A stretch of DNA of 64,000 nucleotides from an uncultured Phycisphaerales bacterium (GTDB lineage Bacteria; Planctomycetota; Phycisphaerae; Tepidisphaerales; Tepidisphaeraceae), in contig CAWJPJ010000007.1 in assembly GCA_963844715.1 (NCBI GenBank), forward strand, positions 288,001 through 352,000, read 5' to 3'. The notes under the pieces were generated by a model, which saw nothing but the letters and a program-made list of their open reading frames with translations, was not told where the DNA came from and did no database searches. The position numbers and the translations under genes were made by a program. The stretch's first letter is position 1. Each line of letters opens with the position of its first letter. Positions 51,400-64,000 of the stretch are shown piece by piece.

Positions 51400-53012
51400 G
51401 GGCCTCGCGCGTATCTCGGACCGGAGTCGGCCGGGGCAAAACAGACGATGGTGATTTCCGAGTCGATCACTTCGCGCGCGGTCTCAGCGTAGGACTTGCG
51501 GAGAACGGCTTCCGTTAGATTTTGCGGATCGGCCCACGCCAGGTGTGACTGAACAAGGATGACTTGCTCGAATGTCTGCGAGGATAGCCGGTCCTTGAGT
51601 TGCTCCAGGTCATCCTCGGCCAGAACGCGCATCATCGTGCGCGGCGGATCGTGCTCGAAAAATGCGGCAGGGACGCCTGTGGTTTGGTCCGTCGGAAGAT
51701 AGCGGTAGTAGTAATCGAACGGGAGTTCGCCATCGCTGGCGACGAAGACAATCAGGCGCGGACTGGGGGGTAGATCGCGAACGAATCGGGCGGCGCCGCG
51801 CCAGTCTTCTTTCTTCTGCACAGTTTCGTAGGCGACCAGCGTGGCCAGAGAGACCAGCGAGATGAGGATTGCGCCGCCCACCACCCACCGGCGCGTCAAG
51901 CGCGGAAGATTCATCGACAGTGGGAAAAGTAAAAGCATCGGGGCGAGCGTCGCGGCGGGGAGGAAAGTTTTGTCCATGAGGATCGGCGTGCGGAGAACGC
52001 TGTAGACGGCGATGAGGACGAAGGGGAAAACGACCAGCGCCGCCAATGCCAGGGCATTGCGAAGGCGCGGGCCGCGGAGGTGCGCGAAAACGACCAGCGC
52101 CGATGCGCCCACGAGCAGCAGCCCAAACACGATCGGGGTGCTTTGGACCTGAAGGGGAATGTGCGCGCGGGCAAACGTGTGGTTCCAGTAAAAGTAGGGA
52201 GGGATATCGAATATCCAAACCAAAATCATCAGCGCGCCGCCCAGAGTCGGAGGCGGGAGCCAGAAACCTCCGTTGACAAGATGGAGCTGCGCCGGAAGCG
52301 CGAAGATAGCCCACGGAGAATACAGCAGCGCGATGCCAAAGAGGGTCAGAACGGAGTCGCCAAGGCGCCGTCGGAGCGAGTGGTCCGACGGCAAGATAAG
52401 CCACGCGAGGAACAACGCGGGCAGGTAAACGAGCATCGTGTTGTGCGTGTACAAGGCGGCCGCGAGGAGAAGAGAAATGGGAATGAGCCAGTCCCGCCGT
52501 CGGGAAGCGAGATGTTTCAGAAGGCAATCGAGCGCCGCGACATATAAGAGAGCCATGAGTGCATAGCAGCGGGCCTCCTGCGCGTAATAGGGTTGGTGGA
52601 ATCCGATAGCGAGAAGCCAAACAGCCGCGGCAACCGCCGGGGGCGACACGAGGACCCGCCGGGCGATTCCCACGCTGAGGATCAGGGTGATGGAGCTAAA
52701 GACCGCCGAAAGGGAGCGAAGGGCCGCCTCGCTATAACCGAAATGCTGAGTCCAGCCGTGCAGAAGATAGTAGTACAAGGGAGGGGCCGTATCGGCCCGA
52801 ATGAGCCGGATGAGTTGGGAAGTCGAATGCCGAACCACCCAGGCCGTGTAACCTTCATCAAACCAAAGACTTTGCCGGCTCAGCGCAGAAATCTGATGGC
52901 GATTCCGGCGACGACTCCAGCCCAGATAAACGCATCCCAGCCGGTCCAAACGGGGCGGCGGCAGAGGGCGATTTGGCGCTTTGGGAAAGGTTTTGGTTGA
53001 CTATACTGGACA
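51339..53012 (-). CDS. Glycosyltransferase family 39 / PMT-like membrane protein (both ends uncertain, indels)
   Basis: QSLWFDE, DTAPPLYY, SEAALRSLS, YAQEARCY, KEDWR; upstream frame gives a TM segment WAGVVAGIAIRF. Confidence 0.75.
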
Positions 53013-53170
53013 CGGTTAGATACTGTCAGACGAATCAAACCGCAGAAAGAGGCCGGCGACCCGGATTTTGAGCACAGTCAGATCGGAAATATTTGTTAAG
53101 CGGACGGTAAATCATTAAGATTAACCGACTCAGCCGCTAACAAGCCGGCATTGTATCCAGAAACACTTTT

Positions 53171-56100
53171 ATGAGCGACCCGCAGCCCAAGAAGGGCCTT
53201 TACGACCCCGAGTATGAGCACGACGCCTGTGGCGTCGGGTTTCTTTGCCACATGAAAGGCAAAGCCAGTAATCGCATCGTCTTACAGGCGCTGCAGATGC
53301 TGGAAAACATGAGCCATCGCGGGGCCTGCGGCTGCGAGCCCGACAGCGGCGACGGCGCCGGGATTCTGGTTCGGCTCCCGGATGCTTTTCTGCGCAAGCG
53401 ATGCGCGGCGCTTGGGATTCACGCTACCTCCGCTGGGCCAATATGGGGTCGGGAACGTCTTCCTTCCGCAGGACGTCATCGGGCGGCGGGAATGCGAGCG
53501 GATGCTCGAAAAAATCGTCGCGGATTACGGAATGGTCGTCCTCGGCTGGCGCGACGTGCCGGTGGCGAGCAAACACATCGGTCCCACCCCGCGGAAATGC
53601 GAGCCCAGAATCCGGCAGATCTTCGTCGGGATGGGAAGCAACTTTTATAACCGGCAGGATTTCGATCGCCGGCTCTATCTCGTCCGCCAGCGCACCGAGA
53701 ACAGCATCGAGTTCAGCGATCTCCCCGAGGCGGCGCGACAGATGTTCTATGTCTGCGCCTCTCGGCCACGCGCATCATCTACAAGGGGATGCTCACCGCC
53801 GCATCAGGTACGACAATATTTCCCCGATCTGTCCGAGCCGGATTTTGAATCGGCGCTGGCCGTCATCCACTCGCGATTCAGCACCAACACGTTCCCATCC
53901 TGGGACCGGGCCCATCCCTATCGATACCTGGCCCATAACGGCGAGATCAATACCCTGCGCGGCAATCGAAACTGGATGCGGGCCCGCTACGGATCCCTTC
54001 AGTCGGACGTCTTCGGCGACGAGCTTCAAAAGATGTTCCCGATCCTCACCGAAAGCGGTTCGGACACCGCCACGATCGACAACGCCCTTCAGTTCCTCAC
54101 GCTCAACGGCCGCGAGCTGGCGCATTCGATGCTCATGCTCATCCCCGAGGCTTGGCAGAACAACCACAAAATGGATGAGGAACTCAAGAGCTTTTACGAA
54201 TATCACGCCTGCCTGATGGAGCCGTGGGACGGCCCGGCGAGCATCGTGTTCACCAACGGCCACCAGGTCGGCGCCGTGCTCGATCGCAACGGATTGCGGC
54301 CCAGCCGCTATTATGTCACCAAGGACGACTTGGTCATCATGGCCAGCGAAGTCGGCGTGCTCCCGGTCGATCCGCGCAGACGTCGATCAAAAAATGGCGG
54401 CTACAGCCCGGCAAGATTTTCCTGATCGACTTCAAGCAGGGCCGCATCATCGACGACAACGAAATCAAGCGCAGCCTGGTGGAGAAGCGTCCGTGGAAGG
54501 AATGGCTCAAGGAAAACATGATTCCGCTGGACGATCTTCCCGCCCCGCGGCACATGCGCGAGCCGGACCATCAGACCCTGCTCATCCGCCAGCACGTCTT
54601 TGGCTACACGGTCGAAGATCTGAAGATGATCATGATGCCGATGGCCTCGGTCGGTCAGGAGGCGATCGGCAGCATGGGCGCCGACACGCCGCTGGCGTGT
54701 TTGAGCGACAAGCCGCAGCTTCTCTACAACTATTTCCGCCAGCTCTTCGCGCAGGTGACCAACCCGCCGCTCGATGCGATTCGCGAGGAACTGGTCACCA
54801 GCCTCTACACGTATCTCGGCCGCGAAGGGAATCTGCTCAGCGAGGTCCCGAAGAACTGCCATCTGATCAAGCTGAAGCAGCCGATTCTTTCCAACACCGA
54901 TCTGGAAAAGCTTGCGCGAAGTGGCCGCACGGCGATTTGCGCGCCGTCACGCTTCCGATGCTCTTCAACGTCGCCGACGGCGAAGCGGGCCTGGAAAAAG
55001 CCGTCGAGGAACTGTGCGATGCCGCGGCCAAGGCCGTCCGCGAGGGCGCGTCGATCGTGGTCCTCTCCGATCGCGGCGTGGATGCCGAGCACGCCCCGAT
55101 CCCCAGCCTGCTGGCGACGGCGGCCGTGCATCATCATCTGATCCGCCAGGGAACCCGCACGCAGTGCGGCCTGGTCATCGAAACCGGCGAGGCGCGCGAG
55201 TCCCATCATTTCTGCCTCCTCATCGGCTACGGGGCCGGGGCGGTCAATCCCTATCTGGCCTTTGAAACGCTCGCCGATCATGCACAAGGACGGCATGCTC
55301 CCGCCGGAAGTGACGCTGGAGAACGGCCAAGAAAAATTACATCAAGGCCGCCAACAAGGCGATCCTGAAAGTCGCCAGCAAAATGGGGATCAGCACCGTC
55401 CAGAGCTACCGCGGCGCCCAAATTTTCGAGGCCATCGGGCTCAGCGAGCGGCTGGTCGACAAATATTTCACGGGCACGGCGAACCGAATCAACGGCGTCG
55501 ATCTCGACGTCATCGCCCGCGAATCCCTGCTGCGGCATCGCCACGGCTATCCCGCCGATCCGCGTCAACGGCCAGGTCCTGGACAACGGCGGGCTATATC
55601 AATGCCGGCGCGACGGGGAATACCACATGTGGAACCCCGACACGATCGCCAAGATGCAGCACGCCGTCCGCATCGGAATCAACAAGCCGATCGACGGCTT
55701 CAAATCCTTCCAGGAATACACGCGCCTGGTCGACGACGAATCGCGGCATCGCTGCACGCTGCGCGGCCTGCTGAAATTCAAGAGCGATCTGCGCGCGATT
55801 CCGCTTGAGGAAGTGGAACCTGCCAGCGAGATCGTCAAGCGATTCGTGACCGGCGCGATGAGCTTCGGCTCGATCAGCAAGGAAGCCGCACGAGACGCTG
55901 GCGATCGCCATGAACCGCATCGGCGGCAAGAGCAACACCGGCGAAGGGGGCGAAGACCCCGAACGGTTCAAACGCGACGCCAACGGCGACTGGCGCCGCA
56001 GCGCCATCAAGCAGGTCGCCTCCGCCCGCTTCGGCGTCACCGCCGAATATCTGGCCAACGCCGACGAACTGCAGATCAAGATGGCCCAGGCGCCAAGCCC

Positions 56101-57751
56101 GGCGAAGGGGGCCAGCTCCCCGGCCATAAAGTCGACGAATACATCGGCAAAATTCGCCACAGCACGCCCGGCGTCGGGCTGATCTCTCCGCCGCCGCATC
56201 ACGATATTTATTCAATCGAGGATTTGGCGCAGCTCATTCACGATCTGAAGAACAGCAATCGCGACGCGCGCGTGAGCGTGAAACTGGTCAGCGAAGTCGG
56301 CGTCGGCACCGTCGCCGCGGGCGTCGCCAAGGCCAAGGCCGATCATATTCTCATCAGCGGCGACAGCGGCGGAACCGGCGCGTCTCCCCTGACGAGCATC
56401 AAATACGCCGGGCCTGCCCTGGGAACTCGGCGTCGCCGAAACGCAGCAGACCCTGGTGATGAACGATCTGCGCGGGCGGATCGTGTTGCAGACCGACGGC
56501 CAGTTCAAGACCGGCCGGGACGTGGTCATCGCCGCCCTGCTCGGCGCCGAGGAATTCGGATTCAGCACCGGCCCGCTGATCGCGACCGGCTGCATCATGA
56601 TGCGCGGTCTGCCACCTGAACACCTGCCCGGTGGGAATCGCGACGCAGGATCCCGGAGCTGCGCAAGAAATTCGCCGGCAAGCCCGAGCACGTGGTCAAC
56701 TTCATGTTCTTCATCGCCGAGGAAGTTCGCCGCTACATGGCCGAGCTGGGCTACCGCAAATTCGACGACATGGTCGGCCAGGTTCAGCGGCTCGAATTCG
56801 CCGACGTCAGCCATCACTGGAAGGCGAAGTGTCTGGATCTGTCGGTCGTGCTCTACCGCCCGGAAACCAGTTCGAACGTCGCGGTCCGCAATGTGCAGAA
56901 GCAGGATCACGGCCTGGACGTCGCCCTGGACAACAAGCTCATCGAAATCGCCAAGCCCGCGATTGAAGAAGGGAAAAAAGTTTCCGCGGAAATGTCGATC
57001 CAGAACGTCAACCGCACCGTCGGGACGATGCTCTCGTGCGAAATCGCCAAGAAATATGGCCACGCCGGCTTGCCCGAAGACACGATCCATTTCAAGTTCA
57101 ACGGCTCCGCCGGCCAGAGCTTCGGTTGCTTCCTCTCCAAGGGAGTCACGCTCGAACTGGAAGGCGACGCCAACGATTACGCCGGCAAGGGCCTCTCCGG
57201 CGGGAAAATCATCATCTATCCCGCATCGGCAATCGACCTTCAAGCCCGAAGAAAACATCATCGCCGGCAATGTGATCTGCTACGGCGCGATCAGCGGCGA
57301 AATTTATCTCCGCGGCGTCGTCGGCGAGCGATTCTGCGTCCGCAACAGCGGCGCCCTGGCCGTCGTCGAAGGATGCGGAGACCACGGCTGCGAATACATG
57401 ACCGGCGGACGCGTCATCGTGATCGGCCCGACCGGCCGCAATTTCGCCGCCGGCATGTCCGGCGGAATCGCTTACGTTCACGACACCTCCGGCCTGTTCA
57501 AGGATTTGTGCAATCTGGAAATGGTCGAACTGGAGCGCCCCGACCGCCCGGACGACATCGCGACCATCCGCCGCATGCTGGAAAATCATCGCAAATACAC
57601 CCGCAGCCCCGTCGCCGGCGCGATCCTCGACGATTTCGAAAAGGAAATTAAGTGGTTCGTGAAGGTCATGCCAACCGATTACCGCCGCGTGATGGAGCAC
57701 CAGGCTGAAGTGGAGGAGAAAGCGAAAAAACTGGCTGAAAGACAGGCATGA
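53171..57751 (+). CDS. gltB: Glutamate synthase large subunit (many indels)
   Basis: [69 protein letters not shown]. Confidence 0.95.
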
Positions 57752-58215
57752 AAAAGTCGCATCCCAGGCGAGATGTTCGGCATGATGCGCGGGACTACTT
57801 GGAAGCGGCCAAAGAACATGTGGGTGCGCTGTCGGTGCTCTATGACGACGGAAGATATGTCTTAACGATGTACGTGGCCGGATTAGCGGCAGAATGCTTA
57901 TTCCGGGCCTTCCGGGCAAAAAAGGGCTTGCCTTTCCGCTCGGATCATTCGTTGGATATACTTTCGCGAGAGGCTGGCTTCCCCCAATTGATCGCTGGTG
58001 GAGACCGCCTCCGGTTCGATGCGGCCCTGGCAGAATTGATGCTGGGTTGGCAAAACAGGTATCGATTCTGCTCTCAAAAAGCGATCCGCGCGTCATTGAA
58101 GAATCGGCGGCTCGACCGCGGAGTCAAAGGCGATCCCGTGAAGGAATTCGCCCGCAGACTGGCGTCGACAGCCGTCGAACTGGTTTCGATTGGAATTGGA
58201 CCATGGATAAATTGA
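57748..58215 (+). CDS. HEPN-domain-like protein
   Basis: YLEAAKEH..L..LY...RY...YVAGLAAECLFRA....HSLDIL...W..RYRF, resembling PF05168-type HEPN; ATGA overlap with the gltB stop. Confidence 0.65.
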   Translation: MKKSHPRRDVRHDARDYLEAAKEHVGALSVLYDDGRYVLTMYVAGLAAECLFRAFRAKKGLPFRSDHSLDILSREAGFPQLIAGGDRLRFDAALAELMLGWQNRYRFCSQKAIRASLKNRRLDRGVKGDPVKEFARRLASTAVELVSIGIGPWIN

Positions 58216-58495
58216 GGACCAGAATTAAATGCGTCGTTGCCGAGAACTTTCCCGCGCAAAAGTCCGACTGTGGCGACAGGCCGGGCAGGTCGGAGGAGTT
58301 TTGGTCTGGCCAGGCTTTGATCAAATGCTGCAAATTGATCGTCAGGTTAAACTTCGGCGAGCCATCAACTCGTCCCTAACCGAACAAGATCGCCACAAAG
58401 TTTCATTCATCCTCACGATGACCGACTTGGAGGAAAAAGGCATCGCGGCCGAAGAGCGACGGTTGGGTATCTCGCCTCGAAAGAAGACCGCTTAG
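58203..58495 (+). CDS. Small hypothetical protein with BolA/KH-like pattern (indel near 58255)
   Basis: Reconstructed MDKLRTRIKCVVAENFP.AKVRLW...VGGVLVWPGFDQMLQIDRQVKLRRAI...L......VSFILTMTDLEE; overlaps the HEPN gene end. Confidence 0.6.
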
Positions 58496-58510
58496 CGGAC
58501 CACTATAAAC

Positions 58511-60012
<1,502 letters not shown>

Positions 60013-60023
60013 TCCTTAAGAAG

Positions 60024-60225
60024 TTAACTGCGAAGCCGCCCGCCACGGCGGGTAGGCTCCGAACGCGAAGAAAAAAAGAGATTTAACCGCGGATTTCACG
60101 GATTACACGGATGAAGAAAAGAAATTGACTTCGGCGATTCCATTGCTCCCATCCGTGCTATCCGTGAAATCCGTGGTTTAATTCTTTTCTATCTTTCTTC
60201 GCGTTCTTCGCGGCTTCGCGGTTAA
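60024..60225. repeat. Nested inverted-repeat element downstream of gltD
   Basis: Inner arms 60085-60112 and 60151-60178 are 25/28 complementary; outer arms 60024-60073 and 60194-60225; extra CCCGCCACGGCGGG hairpin inside the left outer arm. Confidence 0.8.
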
Positions 60226-60234
60226 ATGGAATTT

Positions 60235-61046
60235 ATGGCCAGCGGAATCTCGTCAGACAACCCGATGCGCGGAACTTTGCGCGTGACCATGGATTTTCGG
60301 CTGGTTTCGTTCGCCCTGTTGATCGTCGGAATCACGGCACTAGCTGTCTGGGGAAGCGACGGGGGCAAGGGAGCGATCGGAATTCTGGCCTGCACCTGGG
60401 GCGCCTGGGGGTGGTGCTTTGCCCGATCCTCGCGATCCCATTCCGACAGGCGGCGTGGGCGGCCGAAGATGTGATGACCGGCCAGGCGAAAATCGCCCGC
60501 TGGAGTTGCACGCCGGAGGAGTGGATTCGGTTCGTCGCCGCGGAGTCGAAGGTCTCCAAGAGTTCGAAGCGGGTCGTGCTATTGCTGATCCTGGTTCCGG
60601 TGGTATTGGCCGTGATCGTTATCATTTCCGTCGCGTCGAGTTCTGGCCCGGCGCTGGGGGCCGGGACTTGGGCGATGATGATCGGAGTCATGTTCGGCAC
60701 GCTGGCGCTGATCTTCGGGCTTGCGTGGTTTGGCGCGCTGGCTGAAGTTGCGCTGGTTGCGCCGGCGCGCGACCACCTGGTCTACATCGGCACGCGTGGG
60801 GTGGTGCTCGGCGGACGATTCAATTCATTCGAGCAACTTGCTGCGCATCTGCGGAAGGTGCGTTATGACCCGGGCGATCCGGGGTTGATGTTGTTCGAGT
60901 GGCTTCAGCCGGGAGCGGGATATTATGGATTACCTGTGACGATGTCGGTGACCGTGCCGGTTCCGAAATCGAGCGAATCCGAGGGGCAACGGGTTTTGGA
61001 GGCGTTTCGAAACCAGTTTAAAGGCCCCCAAGCGGGGATTTCCTGA
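60235..61046 (+). CDS. Hypothetical four-TM membrane protein (indel near 60410)
   Basis: Hydrophobic segments across two frames; C-terminal VTVPVP...EGQRV. Confidence 0.55.
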
Positions 61047-61272
61047 AGATTGTGGACAACGGGGGGCTGGGGGATACAATTTTCACCGGCGGACGACGAA
61101 GCGTCCGATAAAGAAAAGTGAACGGCTCGTCGGCCATGAAATCCCGGCGGGACCAAGAGTCTCTTACGCCGCGGTGCACCATCGGCATCTCCTGTCCCGG
61201 ATCGGAAGTTAAGCCGGGATAAGCCATGCCGCCCTGGAAAAAGTCTGGGGCCTGCGGAAGGACAGACTGAGT

Positions 61273-64000
61273 ATGGCGATCGACCCGCGATTCCTGGCCG
61301 AATCCGGCCGCGAAGTTTTCACCGGTAACGAACTGCTCGTAAAAGGCGCCCTCGAAACCGAGGGCGGCGTGAATTTATTGACCGGCTATCCCGGCTCCCC
61401 CGTCGCCGGATTTTTCGACATCCTGGGCGACCTGCGCGACCTGCTCAATGAGCAACGGCATCCGCGCCTTTCAAGCAAACAACGAAGCGCTCGCGGCGGC
61501 GGCCGTAAACGGCAGCCAGATGATGGCCATGCCGCGCCATCGCCACATTCAAGAGCGTCGGCGTGCACGTCGCCTCCGACGCCCTGGCGCTCGGCAACGC
61601 TCGGCGGCGCCGCATCCGCAAGGCGGCGCCGTCATCATCATGGGCGACGACCCCTGGTGCGACAGCACCCAGGTTCCGGCCGACAGCCGATTCCTCTGCG
61701 AGCATCTTCGCATGGCGGTCGTCGAGCCCGGCTCGCCGCAGCAATTCAAGGACTGGATCGATCTCAGCTTCAAACTCAGCCAGGCGGCGGGCCTCTACAT
61801 CGGCTACATCGTCACCGTCGCCCAGGCCGACGGCGGCGGGACCGTGATCTGCCGGCCCAATCAATATCCGACGATCAATACCGAACAAAAGATCGCGCTG
61901 GAAACCTCGCGGATCGATCTGAACAAGGTGCTTCTCCCGCCGCGGACCTGGCAACGGGAATTGCTCTTCGGCGAGCGCTTCGCCGACGACGATGCGGGCG
62001 GCGCGGAAACTGGGGATCAATCGGATCATCCAGCGACGAGAACGCCGCCGAGCCCGCGCCGCTCGGATTCATCGTCACCGGCATGGCGGCCCTTATCTGA
62101 ATCACCTGCTGGCCGAACTGGACATGACCGGGCTCTTCCCGATCCTTCAGATGGGGATGAGCTATCCGGCGGACGTGCTGCTCGTGCAGGAATTCTCCGC
62201 CCTTTGCCGCAACATCATCGTCATCGAGGAGCGCCGCAGCTTCCTGGAAAAGAATATCCGCGACGAACTCTTCCACACCCTCGGCCACGCCGAGGCGGGC
62301 GAACTCTCATCGCGAATTTTCGGGAAAACCTTCCCCGGCGGCCAGGAAGGCATCCCCGAGACCCGCGGACTGAATTATTCGGTTCTGGCACAAAAGCTGA
62401 TTCCTCTTTTCCAGGCAACCGAGCAGATTCCGCCTCAGCGCCGCAACGGCCGGCTCAGCGCGGAACTCGGCCGCCTGCGCTGGGCAAGCAAGCCGAAGCT
62501 GGAAGTCTTCAATCAGAAGGTCGTGCTCCCGCACGCCCACGTTCTGCCCCGGTTGCCCCCATCGCGACAGCTCCGCGGCGCTGCTCGAACTGCGCAAGAA
62601 TTTCGCCGATCCCGAATACATGCAGCCGGCACCACGCGACAGGGCCCGTCGATCTCGTCGCCCACGGCGACACCGGCTGCTACACCATGCTCATGTTCGC
62701 CCCGACCGAACAGCTCATGCACAATTACAGCGGCATGGGCCTCGGCGGCGGCACCGGCTCGGGAATCGACCCGTTCATCACCAACAAGCAAATCGTTTTC
62801 ATGGGCGACGGAACGTTTTTCCATTCCGGCCAGATCGCCATCAGCAACTCGATCAAGGCCGAACCAGGACATCACCTACATCATCCTGGAAAACAAAACC
62901 ACCGCGATGACCGGCCACCAGGAGCACGCCGGAACGGAATTGGATGTGCTGGGCAATCGCTCGTATATCCAGGACATCGAGCAGATCGTCCGCGCGCATG
63001 GCCGGCACCAGCCCGCTGACGGTCGTCAAACTCTCGCCCGCCGATCGAACCGCAATACAAGGCCGCCCTCGAAAAGGCGATCCTCGCCAACGGCGTGAAG
63101 GTCGTGATCGCCGACAAGGAATGCGGCATCACCTACCACCGCAAAGTGCTCAAGGAAGAGCGGCAGATCGTCAAAAAATACGGCTATCTGCCCACGCAAA
63201 ACGCACATGAACATCACGCCGGAGGTGTGCGAAAACTGCCTGGAATGCACCAAGGCAACCGCCTGCCCCGGCCTCACAACGATCGACACGGATTACGGCA
63301 AGAAGATCGATACCGATCTCACCTGGTGCGTGAACGACGGAGCATGCGAGCGCGTGCGCACGAGCAACGAGATCGCCGAATCGGTAAAGCCCTGCCCCAG
63401 TTTCGAGCAGGTGACGGTGATTCGCCAGAAGCGCCGGCGGTACACGCTGCCCAACATGGATCTGGCGCAAGTTGCCCGAGCCGCCCAAGGTGCACGATAT
63501 GACCGCGCCCGGACAGCGTGTGGCGCGTCCACATGAGCGGCGTCGGCGGAATGGGCATCGGCGTGGTCGGCGCGATCCTCGTCCGCGCAGCGCACAAAGA
63601 GGGATATCACGTCGCCTTCCAGGATAAAAAAGGGCCTGGCCATCCGCAACGGCGGCGTCTTCGCCCAGCTCACCTTTGTAAATCACGCCGAGACCGCCGC
63701 CTGGTGCGCGCCGCCGTCACCGGTTCGATTCCTTACGGTAAGGCGGATTTGCTTCTCGGCATCGACGTGCTCGAAGCCGCGCGGGCGATCGATCCCCGCG
63801 AGCAATTCCGCGTCGCGTCGCCGGAGCAGACGGCGGCAGTCCTGAATCTCCACAAACAGCCGACAGTGTTTAATCTGCTCGGCAAGAGACGATTTCGATC
63901 CCGAAGCCCTGCGTGACGAAATCCTCCAGCATTGCAATCCGCAATTAAGCTACGCCGCGAATCTGGGCGGAAATCTGCGAGCGCCGGCTGGGGAGCAAAC
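61273..64000 (+). CDS. Indolepyruvate:ferredoxin oxidoreductase family, fused subunits (many indels; runs off window)
   Basis: FTGNELLVKGALE..TGYPGSP, NEALA, FCPGCPHR, GDTGC, GDGTFFHSG, NKTTAMTGHQ, CENCLEC...CP, GVGGMG. Confidence 0.85.

Noticed and set aside
53030..53170. Glutamine or other riboswitch upstream of gltB
   Set aside because: Only an imperfect TTGTTAAGCGG/CCGCTAACAA pairing; no recognisable glnA-motif consensus.
60024..60225. CRISPR array
   Set aside because: The repeats are inverted and nested, not direct repeats with unique spacers, and there are no cas genes in the window.

Overview
This is a GC-rich bacterial chromosomal segment. It is probably Planctomycetota, class Phycisphaerae (Tepidisphaerales-like); that is inferred from the DUF1559-type pilin-like gene, the CxxCGYDLRATPERCPECG zinc-finger protein, the secreted prenyltransferase-repeat protein and the fragmented operons. 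Most of the content is housekeeping: HU, rpsR, sthA, ilvN, lipA, mltA, parB with a parS site, nuoD/E/F, moeA, purQ, purH, trmB, the tRNA-Thr-tuf-rpmG-tRNA-Trp-secE-nusG cluster, gltB/gltD and an indolepyruvate oxidoreductase. Accessory content includes several toxin-antitoxin-like cassettes, a kinase/pseudokinase/FHA-PP2C signalling cluster and three GT-C-like membrane proteins. Many genes, including essential ones such as tuf, carry small indels that are best explained as long-read assembly errors, so several boundaries are reconstructed across frames. The most notable observations are (i) a HEPN + BolA/KH-like gene pair inserted between gltB and gltD, a candidate non-canonical TA module, (ii) a widespread leaderless-promoter pattern (TANNNT 5-10 nt before ATG), (iii) a palindromic repeat inserted in frame into trmB with a second intergenic copy, (iv) a nested inverted-repeat element after gltD, and (v) a degenerate GGDEF protein with an intact I-site. 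No CRISPR array, rRNA, integrase or transposase was seen.
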